This document shows positions 1-10,181 of a stretch of 12,596 nucleotides of DNA, one piece after another. This DNA is from Candidatus Eiseniibacteriota bacterium (GTDB taxonomy: Bacteria > Eisenbacteria > RBG-16-71-46 > CAIMUX01 > VGJL01). The stretch lies in the NCBI GenBank assembly GCA_041946735.1, contig JBHGAY010000056.1:1-12596 (forward strand), in the 5' to 3' direction. Position 1 is the stretch's first letter; each line of letters opens with the position of its first letter. The notes under the pieces are model-generated. The model ran no database searches and was not told the origin of the DNA. It saw only the letters and a list, made by a program, of their open reading frames with translations. The position numbers and the translations under genes were made by a program.

Positions 1-548
1 GGAGATTGCGTTTGAGCACGTTCGGGTGAACGAACGCGCAGGTGTAACGCAACGAGACATAAAGTGTCCGGGTGATCCAGAGTGATACAACTGCGCGGAC
101 GCTCCGTCGGAACGGTCCGTCGCGCCGCTCCGCGCGCCGCGCGTCACGCGCGGCTTTCACATTCACCATGACGGGGAGGACGAGAGGGGTCCGGAGACGG
201 ACGCGAGGCCGTCAGCGCAGCAGACCGGCCACGATCCGCAGATCGGGCTTGGGGGGGCCGATGCGGGGCCGGCCACGCGCTACGAGCACGGGGTCTGCAC
301 GGTGTGCAAGTGCCTCGTGGCCGCGCGAACAGCGAGCGGCGAGGAGCCGGACTTGCGGGACGGACGGAAGGGGATGGAAGGGCGCGATACGCGCTGCCCA
401 GCGCCGCCAGCGGTCCCTCGCCGGCCGAGACGGCGCGGCCCCAGCCCGATTCAGGCGCAGAGGGTACATCGCCCTCGAAGATGCATCGTTGAGTCGTAGG
501 GCTGGAGGAGACAGCGAATGCGTTTTCCGGGACCCAGGATGGCGAACG

Positions 549-1232
549 CTACTCCCGCAACAGCGGGATCAACACCGTCGAACCATCCATCAAGGCGTGC
601 GCGATCGCGAGCGGCAGCAGCCGGCGGAGCCGGAGATACAGCAGCGTCTCGAAGACGGAAGACGGCACGGACGCGAGCAGCCGGAAGACCATGAACTTCG
701 AGTCGAAGGTCACCGGCATGAAGGAGTGCTGCAGGGACCAGGCGAACGCCGCGACCGCCACCGCCACGACCGTGCTCCGGGTGAGAACCTGCACGCGCGG
801 GAGGAGAAACCCGTTGTAGGTCATCTGCTCCGTCAGGCCCCACAGCAACGGGAACACCAGCACGCCGTAGAGGGCTGCGGGCAGCGGCAGGCCTCCCAGG
901 AAGACGGGCGGCCGGAACGCCCCGTACACGATCCAGCCCGCCCCATAGGTGCCCGCGAAAATGAAGACGAGGCTGACCGGAATGAGCGCGAGGCCCAGCC
1001 ACACGTCGCGGCCGAGGCGGGCCCGCGCCAACCCGACGAGATCGAACAGGCCGATCCCCTCGCGGCGCGTGAAACGCCACAGGAGCGTCAGGCATCCGGC
1101 GTCGATCAGGGTGGCGTAGACCGGCAGCCACGGCTCGGCGTCGTGCCACGGAGCCGGCGACCCTCGCAGGGCGAAGACGGCGGCGACGACGGCCTGCGCG
1201 GCGACCCCGAAGACGGCGCGCGCGAACAACAT
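549..1232 (-). CDS. CPBP-family (CAAX protease / Abi-like) intramembrane protein with non-canonical motif 1
   Basis: C-terminal part of ORF 549..1862. It has several hydrophobic helices and the CPBP-type motif order 'LWGLTEQMTYNGFLLPR' (EExxxR position), 'FAWSLQH' (FxxxH-like) and 'AHALMD' (HxxxN/D). First plausible ATG is at 1232; the true start may be CTG at 1331, overlapping the yjbQ stop. Confidence 0.75.
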   Translation of the reverse strand: MLFARAVFGVAAQAVVAAVFALRGSPAPWHDAEPWLPVYATLIDAGCLTLLWRFTRREGIGLFDLVGLARARLGRDVWLGLALIPVSLVFIFAGTYGAGWIVYGAFRPPVFLGGLPLPAALYGVLVFPLLWGLTEQMTYNGFLLPRVQVLTRSTVVAVAVAAFAWSLQHSFMPVTFDSKFMVFRLLASVPSSVFETLLYLRLRRLLPLAIAHALMDGSTVLIPLLRE

Positions 1233-1327
1233 CAGCGCCGGGGCGCGCCAGCCGAGCGCTCCCCGCTCCCGCCGACGGAGGAGCGCCTCGCGCGAGTTCG
1301 GACCGATCGAGCGAGTCGGAGCCTCGC

Positions 1328-1798
1328 TCAGCGCTCCCCCTCGCCCGGCGCCGATCCCCCTTCCGTCGAACGACCCTCCGCTTCCCGTTCCGGCACGATC
1401 CTCACATGGACGGTCCGCGTCCGCGGCCCATCGAACTCGCAGAAGTAGATCCCTTGCCAGGTCCCGAGATGGAGCCGCCCATCCTCGATCCAGATGGTCT
1501 GGTCGAAGCCGAAGAGGCTCGCGCGCAGGTGGGCGGCGCTGTTGCCCTCGCCGTGGCGGTAGTAGTCCTGATGCTCGGGAAGCAGGCGGTCGAGATCGAG
1601 CAGGATGTCGCGCCGCACGTCGGGGTCGGCGTTCTCGTTCACCGTGATCGCGGCGGTCGTGTGCGGGACCCAGATCCGGGCGATGCCTGTCTTGACCCCG
1701 CTCTCGCGGACGATCCGCTCGACCGAGTCGGTGATGAGCAGAAGCTCGACCCTCTGCCGCGTTCGCACCTCGAACTCGACGATTCCCGCCGCGGTCAC
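1328..1798 (-). CDS. yjbQ: YjbQ / UPF0047 family protein (secondary thiamine-phosphate synthase enzyme)
   Basis: Signature motifs 'VPHTTAAITVNENADPDV', 'HGEGNSAAHL', 'LGTWQGIYFCEFDGPRTR'. GTG start at 1798 overlaps the TGA of the upstream gene (GTGA coupling); 156 aa. Confidence 0.93.
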   Translation of the reverse strand: MTAAGIVEFEVRTRQRVELLLITDSVERIVRESGVKTGIARIWVPHTTAAITVNENADPDVRRDILLDLDRLLPEHQDYYRHGEGNSAAHLRASLFGFDQTIWIEDGRLHLGTWQGIYFCEFDGPRTRTVHVRIVPEREAEGRSTEGGSAPGEGER

Positions 1799-2082
1799 CG
1801 CAGCCCGCCGGCGCCGTCGAGCGCGCTCTCGAGCTCCGTGACGGCGACCGGCTCTCCCCCATTCCACCGGTCGAGGAACGAGGCGATCACCGTCTTCGCC
1901 TCGTCCCGCCGGTCCTCGTCGATGAAGCCGTCGTGGACGTGCACCCCCGCCATCGCCCGGTTGATCTCGCTCTCGCGGTTGTGATCGTTCAGCTCGGTAA
2001 AGTACACGACCCGGTAGCGCTGGTCGTACCCCGGCTCGCGATAGATCTCGTACATGATGCGGGACGCTTCGGTGCGCGCCAT
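1795..2082 (-). CDS. Hypothetical 95-aa soluble protein
   Basis: MARTEASRIMYEIYREPGYDQRYRVVYFTELNDHNRESEINRAMAG... has natural, non-shadow composition. GGAGGAG lies upstream of ATG 2082 (alternative ATG at 2109), and the stop overlaps the yjbQ start. Confidence 0.8.
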   Translation of the reverse strand: MARTEASRIMYEIYREPGYDQRYRVVYFTELNDHNRESEINRAMAGVHVHDGFIDEDRRDEAKTVIASFLDRWNGGEPVAVTELESALDGAGGLR

Positions 2083-2123
2083 CGCCTCTGCTCTCCTCCA
2101 TGCCGTCATGCCGCGAATCGGCC

Positions 2124-2156
2124 GCCGATCGCCAATCGCCAGTCGCCAGTCGCCGG
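2124..2156 (+). repeat. Short heptamer tandem repeat (GCCRRTC x4 plus partial copy)
   Basis: gccgatc gccaatc gccagtc gccagtc gccgg in the spacer between the activase gene and the 95-aa gene. Confidence 0.6.
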
Positions 2157-2188
2157 CGCCGCCGGCCGCTGCCGCGGGTCCCGGCCTG

Positions 2189-5100
2189 CTAGACCGGGAA
2201 ACCCGCCGCCATCTCCTCGCGAAGCCGCCGCTCGATCTCGCGGAGCTTCTCGTCCACCTCGCGCCGCTTCTTCCGGTCGCGCGTCAGGCCCTCCCGGTAG
2301 CATTGCAGGAAGTAGCCGATCGTCTCCACGCGGATCTTGATCGATCCGGTCGGCTTGTTCTCGTCGATGTCCTTGAAGCTGAAGTAAGGCGTCCCGGACG
2401 ACTCGATGATCTCCTCGACGACCGAGTAGATCGGAGCGTCGTGGCCGCACTTGAAGCTCGAAAGCTCGAGCGCGACTAAGTTCGGGTGGCGCGCGACGTA
2501 CTTCGCCGCCCACACCTTCTGGCTCGTGTTCTCGCTATAGCTGTTCTTCCAGACGTCCCGGATGTCGAGCGCGTCCGGCGTCGCCCCGTCGCGCACATCG
2601 TCTCCGAAGAGACGCTCGAGGATGTCCGGATCGATCGGCAGCGACGCCTGCGTCAGGATCGGGTAGCCAAGCTTCTGGAACTCGGCGAGGATCTCGTGAT
2701 TGATCCCCGGGTCGTTGTGATAGGGACGGCCCAACAGGACGATGCCGAGCTTCTCCTCCGCCTCGAGGCGCTCGAGCACCTGGCGCGCCGTCCCGCGCTG
2801 GATCGCGTTGACGAAGGTGTCGTACGCCGCCCATCCCGCCTCGCAGGCGCGGGCATTCTCGCGCTCGGAGAGACCGAGCCGCTCCTGCCAGCAGGCGAGC
2901 ATCTGCCGCTCGAAGAGCGGCTTCTCGCCCGGGTTGACGATCGGATCGAGATAGGCGACTCCCATCTCGGCGAACAGGTCCCCCTCCTTCGTGAACGCCG
3001 CCTTGACCGACTCAGGCGTGGTCGTGACGGTCGGGCAGGCACGGTGCGCCTGGCATCCGCTCAGGTCGGAAGGCAGATCGTCCACCATCGGGAAGAAGAT
3101 GACATCCAGCTTGCGCTTCTTGTGATGGGTGTAGAGGAGATTGTGCACGTGCGGGATCCCGACCTTGCTCGGGAAGCAAGGGTCGATGGCGCCGCGCTTC
3201 GCTCCTTCCTTGTAGAGCTGCTCGTTGGTGAAGTCCGACCAGACCAGGTTCTTCGCCGGAATGCCGAGGCTCTCGAAGTACGCGGTGAAGAGCGGCCCGA
3301 GGGTGTACATGTTGAGCGCCCGCGGCATGCCGATCCGGATCTCGGCGCGGCGCGCCCGCGCCGCCTCCCTCTCGCGCTGCCGCGCCCGCTCTTGCCGGCT
3401 GAACGGCAACAGGCCTCGGCGCGCCGCCTCCCCCGTCTCGGCGACGAGGGACGGCGCGAACGACTTGAAGGCCGCCTCGGCGGCGATCTCGACCAAGTTG
3501 GGATTCGCGTCCTTGACGGCGTCGAGCCCCTTCTTGATCACCCGCATCGCGTCGACGTCCTCGACCGTCCCCTTCTCGCACGTGGCGATGATGATGCGCG
3601 TCGCTCCCTCGGCGAGCGGGAGCCGCGACTTGCCCTTCGGATTGCCGGCGCCGCCTTCCCCGCCGGCCGGCGGCGTCGCGGGAGGAACCTCCCCCACGAT
3701 CGTCGCCACCTCGTCCAGCGCGTCCCGCTCGCGTATGCGCGCCGCGTGCGGCTCCTCCGGGCCTTGCTTGTACGCGAAGGCGTCGGCGGTCGCCGGCGCG
3801 CGGTTCGTCTTCACGTCGATGAAGGTCCGCAGGCACTTGTTCTTGCAGAAGTAGCAGCGCGTGCGCTCGTCGCGCGCCGTCTCGTACTCGATCCGCTCGA
3901 CCGCGTCCAGGCCGATGAAGCTCGTCCGGACGCCGTTGTCCTTGTACTGCCGGATCGACTCGAGCGCCGCCCCGATCGCCCCCGACTCCCCGGTGTGCTT
4001 GTGGACCCAGACGTTCGCCTTCTCCCCGCGGCGCGCGAAGCGCTCCTCGATGAAGTCGACCTGCGCCTTGACCGCGGCGAGATTGTGTTGTGTGCCTCCC
4101 TGCAGGACGAAGTTCCGCCCGAGCTTCGGCAGGTTCGGGATCTGGCTGACGTAGAGCCAGATGTTCTTCGGCAGGACGTTCGCGAGCCCCGCCATGATCT
4201 CCTCGGCCCGCCATCCCTGGCGCTGGAAGTCGACGATGTCGGACTGCATGAAGACCGCGCAGCCGTAGCCGAACTCCGGCATCGACTCGGCCGAGAACGC
4301 GATGCCGGCGAACTTCTCGACCGGGAAGCCGAACCCCTCCGCCGTCGACTGCAGAAAGTAGCCGTTGCCGGCGGAGCACTGGGTGTTCAGCTTGAAGTCC
4401 TTCACCTGTCCTTTGTTCAGGATGATGATCTTGATGTCCTGGCCGCCCACGTCGCAGATGACGTCGACGTCGTCGTAGTAGTGGAGCGCGCTCTTGGTAT
4501 GCGCGACCGTCTCGACCAGCGCGACGTCGGCGCCGAGCGCGTCCTTCAGGACGTCCTTCGCGTAGCCGGTCGTCCCCACGCCGAGCACCTCGAGCGCGGC
4601 TCCCTGCGACTCGACCTGGTGGCGCAGCGACTTCATGATCTCGATCGTGTCCTCGATCGGGTTGCCCTTCGAGAGCTGGTACGCCTTCGCGAGCAGCTCT
4701 CCCTCGGCGTTCATCAGGACCGCCTTCGTCGAGGTCGACCCTCCGTCGATCCCGATGAAGCCGCCGACCGTCGTCCCCGGCTCGAAGCGGGCCGGATCCC
4801 ACGGCTCCTTCTTGTACCGATCGAGGAACTGCTCCAGCTCCGTCTTGTCCTTCGCGAGGCCGCGCGAGCCACGGCTCGCCTTCTCCTCCGCCCGGCCGAC
4901 CTCGATGTAGCGCTGGAGCTGCTCGCGGCCCTGGTAGAGGCCGGTGCCGTCCTCCTCCTGCTTTCCGAACTCGCAGGCGCCGATCGCCGCGAAGTACTGG
5001 GCGTTCTGCGGCACGGCGATCAGCTCCTCGATCGGACGGTCGGGGACGGCGATGTTCCGTTCCTGCCAGATGATCGGGATGTTGTGGCGCCAGGCCTCGA

Positions 5101-5835
5101 CCATCCCGCGGATGTAGGTGTTCGGCCCGCCGAGGAGCAGCACGACGGGGCGCAGCGTGTGCCCGCGCGTCAGCACCGAGAGGTTCTGCTGGACGATCGA
5201 CTCGAAGAGCGAGGCCATCAGCTCGTCGCGCGGGACCCCTTGCTTCTGCAGGCTGTTGATGTCGGTCTCGGCGAAGACGCCGCACTTTCCGGCCACGTGG
5301 TGGAGCTTCAACCCCTCGTAGCCCTGTTCGCACAGCTCGGCCGCCGGGATCCGGAGTTTCGCGTTGATCTTGTCGATCACCGCTCCCGTCCCCCCGGCGC
5401 ACTTGTCGTTCATCGAGGGGAGCTTCTTCTTCCGGTCGCTCCCCGGCGTCTCCTTGAAGACGATGATCTTCGCGTCCTGCCCGCCCAGCTCGACGACCGA
5501 GTTCGCCTCGGGATAGAGCTTCTCGACCGAGAGCGAGACGGCGGTCACCTCCTGCACGAACTTGCCGCCGAGGCGCCGGCAGATCGACGCGCCTCCCGAG
5601 CCGGTCATGAAGAGCCGGAAGGAGGAAGGCGGCAGCGCGAGATCGGTCTCGATCCGCTCGAGGAACTCGAGGACCTTCTCCGGCTGGCGCGTCTCGTGGC
5701 GCTGATAGTCCTGCCAGAGGATCGCGTCCTTCTTCGGATCGACGACGACCGCCTTGACCGTCGTCGATCCGACGTCGAGGCCGATCAAGAGGTGCGCGTC
5801 GCGCGGGACCGGAGGGCTCACGTTCGCGACGCGGA

Positions 5836-5839
<4 letters not shown>
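2189..5839 (-). CDS. BadF/BadG/BcrA/BcrD (ASKHA) double-ATPase CoA-enzyme activase with DUF2229-type C-terminal domain; PlsA/Ger-like (2-hydroxyacyl-CoA dehydratase activator superfamily)
   Basis: 1216 aa from ATG 5839, with SD AAGGAGGAG and ATGA overlap with the upstream stop. Domain 1: 'IGLDVGSTTVK', 'ELGGQDAK', 'MNDKCAGGTG', 'AGKCGVFAETD'. Domain 2: 'GIDGGSTSTK', 'DVGGQDIK', 'LNTQCSAGNG', 'GCAVFMQSD'. Cys module 'CYFCKNKC...ATCEKG'. C-terminal region 'IGMPRALN...IDPCFPSKV...RACPTV...LLGRPYHND...SFKCGHD'. Confidence 0.9.
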
Positions 5840-7833
<1,994 letters not shown>

Positions 7834-7939
7834 CGGATCTATCGACCTCCGGACGACGGAGGGCCGGACGCGAGGAGCGCCCGCGGCACGGTGATCCGCG
7901 GAGGGACCGCCGGACCGGCTTGGCTCGCCGATGGACGAA

Positions 7940-7963
7940 GATCGTGCGCTCTTGCGCACGATC
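7940..7963. promoter_or_regulatory. Perfect 10-bp inverted repeat (operator or leader hairpin) upstream of the plsR/plsA-like operon
   Basis: gatcgtgcgc-tctt-gcgcacgatc, about 107 bp upstream of ATG 7833; no U-tract on either side. Confidence 0.5.
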
Positions 7964-8082
7964 CCGATACGGCTGCCCGGCCGCCATCGATCGGTTTGTT
8001 TTCTTGTTTGCCGTCGCGCGGCCGTTCGATGAGCACCGCAACCGTAGCGGCGGGCCGCAACCTCTCGCAACAAAAGATGCTT

Positions 8083-8117
8083 GCTCGTGCGCTCCCCGGC
8101 GCGCTCGTGCGCTCCCC
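8083..8117. repeat. 15-bp direct repeat, period 20 bp
   Basis: gctcgtgcgctcccc at 8083-8097 and 8103-8117; shares the core tcgtgcgctc with the 7940-7963 palindrome. Confidence 0.65.
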
Positions 8118-8172
8118 CCGCCGTGCCGGAAGGATCGCGAACGAGGGTCGTGAACGAGAATCGTGAAAGTTA

Positions 8173-9309
8173 TCACCTGCCGGAGCGCGCGGCAGCGATG
8201 CGTTCGAAGAGCGCGAGCGTTTCCCTCGCCGTCCTCTCGTAGCAGAACTGCGAGGCGCGCTGCAGGCCGCGAGCGATCAGGTCTTCGCGCAACGCGGGGT
8301 CCTCGAGAACGCGGAGGATCCCGCCCGCGATAGCGGCCGGATCGCGTGGATCGACGAGGACGGCGGCGTCCCCCGCGACTTCGGGGCACCCGCCGGCTCG
8401 GGTCGCGACGACCGGACAACCGCACGCCATCGCTTCGACGATCGGGATACCGAAGCCTTCGGAGAGAGAAGGAAGGACGAGCAGATCGGCGAGCGAGTAC
8501 AGGGCGGGCAGGTCCTCGTCGGGGACGAAGCCGGGGAACCGCACGCGGCCGGCGAGGCCGAGCTCTTCGAGGAGCGCGAGATCGGCGCTCCAGGCGCGGC
8601 GCAGGAATCCGGGCGCGAGCAGGAGATGCGGGCGGCCCTTCGCGATTGAGGCGAATGCGCGCAGGAGGTTGCCGAAGTTCTTTAGCGGCGCGAGGCCGCC
8701 GACGAAGAGCAGGTACGGCGGCGCGACTCCGTAGCGGGCCGCGACCGCCAGCGCCTCCTCGCGCCCGACCGGGCGGAAGCGCGCGTGCGCGGCAAGCGGG
8801 ATCGCCACGAAGCGGGAAGGATCGACGCCGAGGTGGGCGGCGGCGGAGCGCGCGGCGGTTTCGGTCCCGAGCAGCACCGCGTCGGCGCGCCGGCAATAGA
8901 GCGGCATTGCGAGTCGCGTGTACAGGCGATCCCCCGCGGCGAACGCCTCGGGCGCCTCGAACTGCTCGGCGCCGTGGAGCGTGAAGACCCGCGCGAACCG
9001 TCCCAGCATCGGGATCGAGAGCTTCGGCTGGAAGATCAGGTCGATCGAGCGCCGGGCGGCGAAGACCGGAACCCGGATCTGATCCCACAGGAGCTTCGTC
9101 GGGAACGTCAGGAGGTGCTCGGTCACGCGCGGGCCGAGAGCGATCCGCCCGCGCTGGGAAGGACGGGAATAGAGGAGGAGGTAGGAGTTCGTCTCGTCGA
9201 TCCGGAAGAGCGTCTCGAGGAGGTTCTTCGTGTAGACGGCGATGCCGCCCTTCTCCTCGATGTGCCGCAGGAGCACGCCGATGCGCAGCGGCCGGCTCTC
9301 CCCGCTCAT
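8173..9309 (-). CDS. Glycosyltransferase family 4 (GT-B, MtfB/RfaB-like)
   Basis: 378 aa from ATG 9309 (ATGA overlap with the upstream lipoprotein stop). Motifs 'RIGV...GGIAVYTKNLL', 'YLLFVGGLAPLKN', 'FPGFVPDEDLPALYSLADLLVLPSLSEGFGIPIVEAMACGCPVV' (EX7E). Confidence 0.93.
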   Translation of the reverse strand: MSGESRPLRIGVLLRHIEEKGGIAVYTKNLLETLFRIDETNSYLLLYSRPSQRGRIALGPRVTEHLLTFPTKLLWDQIRVPVFAARRSIDLIFQPKLSIPMLGRFARVFTLHGAEQFEAPEAFAAGDRLYTRLAMPLYCRRADAVLLGTETAARSAAAHLGVDPSRFVAIPLAAHARFRPVGREEALAVAARYGVAPPYLLFVGGLAPLKNFGNLLRAFASIAKGRPHLLLAPGFLRRAWSADLALLEELGLAGRVRFPGFVPDEDLPALYSLADLLVLPSLSEGFGIPIVEAMACGCPVVATRAGGCPEVAGDAAVLVDPRDPAAIAGGILRVLEDPALREDLIARGLQRASQFCYERTARETLALFERIAAARSGR

Positions 9310-10088
9310 TCCGGGCGCAGAGGGATCGGCCCGCTGGACGGCGGCTCCCCGTCCTCCCATCGCCATTCCTCGAGGATCGACAGCGCGCGCGGCACGAACC
9401 CCTCCTCGTAGGTTTCCGGCACCTGGAGCGTCAGGAGGTAGTAGCGGGGGCCGCGGCGGCCGAGGGCGACCGTCCCCTGGAGCCACTCGGGACCCCCATC
9501 CTTCTCCCTGGCGTAGTCCGCCTCGTCGATCGAGCCGGGGAAGCGAGGAGGGACACCCTCGGCCCGCTCGGTGCGCCCTTCCTGCGCGGACCTCTCCAGC
9601 TCCTGCCGCGCTTGGTCTTCGGTCGTCCCGTCGTCCAGGAAACGGACCGCGAGGAAGCAGTCCTCCGTCCGCTGCCCTTCGAAGTTGGCGACGAAGCGGA
9701 CCGCATCCACGCCGGCGGGCCCGCGACCCTCCTGCGGCTTGGCCGATTCGATCACCTCCGCGAGGACGTCGTTCGGCACGTAGGTGTGGAATGGTACGGC
9801 AAGACCTTGTCCCGCAACGGAGAACAGCCGAAATGTGAAGGGCTCCTGGAACCCTTCGAGCGGGATCGTCCCTTCCTTTGTCTCCGGGAGGCTGTCGTTC
9901 GGAGCTGCCTGGCCGCCTTGCGGCAGCCCGGCGCCGGCTTCGGGTGCGTGCCCGCCGCCCTGCCCACCTTCTCGACCCGACCCCTCGGGAGCGCCGCGCT
10001 GGCAGCCGAGAGCGAGGCAGAGGACGGAGAGGAGGCAGAGGACCGCCAGGAGGAGGCCGAAGCCGGGCCCGAGCGATCGAGATCGCAC
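9306..10088 (-). CDS. Uncharacterised putative lipoprotein
   Basis: GTG 10088 gives MRSRSLGPGFGLLLAVLCLLSVLCLALG-C (lipobox-like), then a Gly-rich linker and a globular domain ('TKEGTIPLEGFQEPFTFRLF...PFHTYVP...YEEGFVPRALSILEEWRW'). Stop is coupled to the GT4 start. The start is uncertain because no clear SD is present. Confidence 0.75.
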   Translation of the reverse strand: MRSRSLGPGFGLLLAVLCLLSVLCLALGCQRGAPEGSGREGGQGGGHAPEAGAGLPQGGQAAPNDSLPETKEGTIPLEGFQEPFTFRLFSVAGQGLAVPFHTYVPNDVLAEVIESAKPQEGRGPAGVDAVRFVANFEGQRTEDCFLAVRFLDDGTTEDQARQELERSAQEGRTERAEGVPPRFPGSIDEADYAREKDGGPEWLQGTVALGRRGPRYYLLTLQVPETYEEGFVPRALSILEEWRWEDGEPPSSGPIPLRPE

Positions 10089-10181
10089 CGGAGCGCAGCG
10101 CCCCGGCTGCGCGGGCGGAGTCCGTCCTGTACGATCGGCCCCAGCGGCCCACCAAAGCCGAGGGGCAATGGGGAGGAACTC

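Noticed and set aside
136..160. gccgcgcg-tca-cgcgcggc-tttc as an intrinsic terminator
   Set aside because: Only three T residues follow, there is no plus-strand gene directly upstream, and such GC stems arise easily by chance here.
212..469. 85-aa minus-strand ORF after the CPBP gene
   Set aside because: Arg/Pro/Ala-rich with no motif or convincing homology pattern; cannot be supported as a gene.
8066..8083. Sigma54 promoter for the operon (minus strand AAGCATCTTTTGTTGC)
   Set aside because: Lacks the invariant GG at -24, and the spacing to GC is off by one.
7834..8172. Known riboswitch (TPP, cobalamin, SAM) in the operon leader, prompted by yjbQ
   Set aside because: No recognisable conserved aptamer cores (e.g. 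the TPP CUGAGA motif) on the minus strand.
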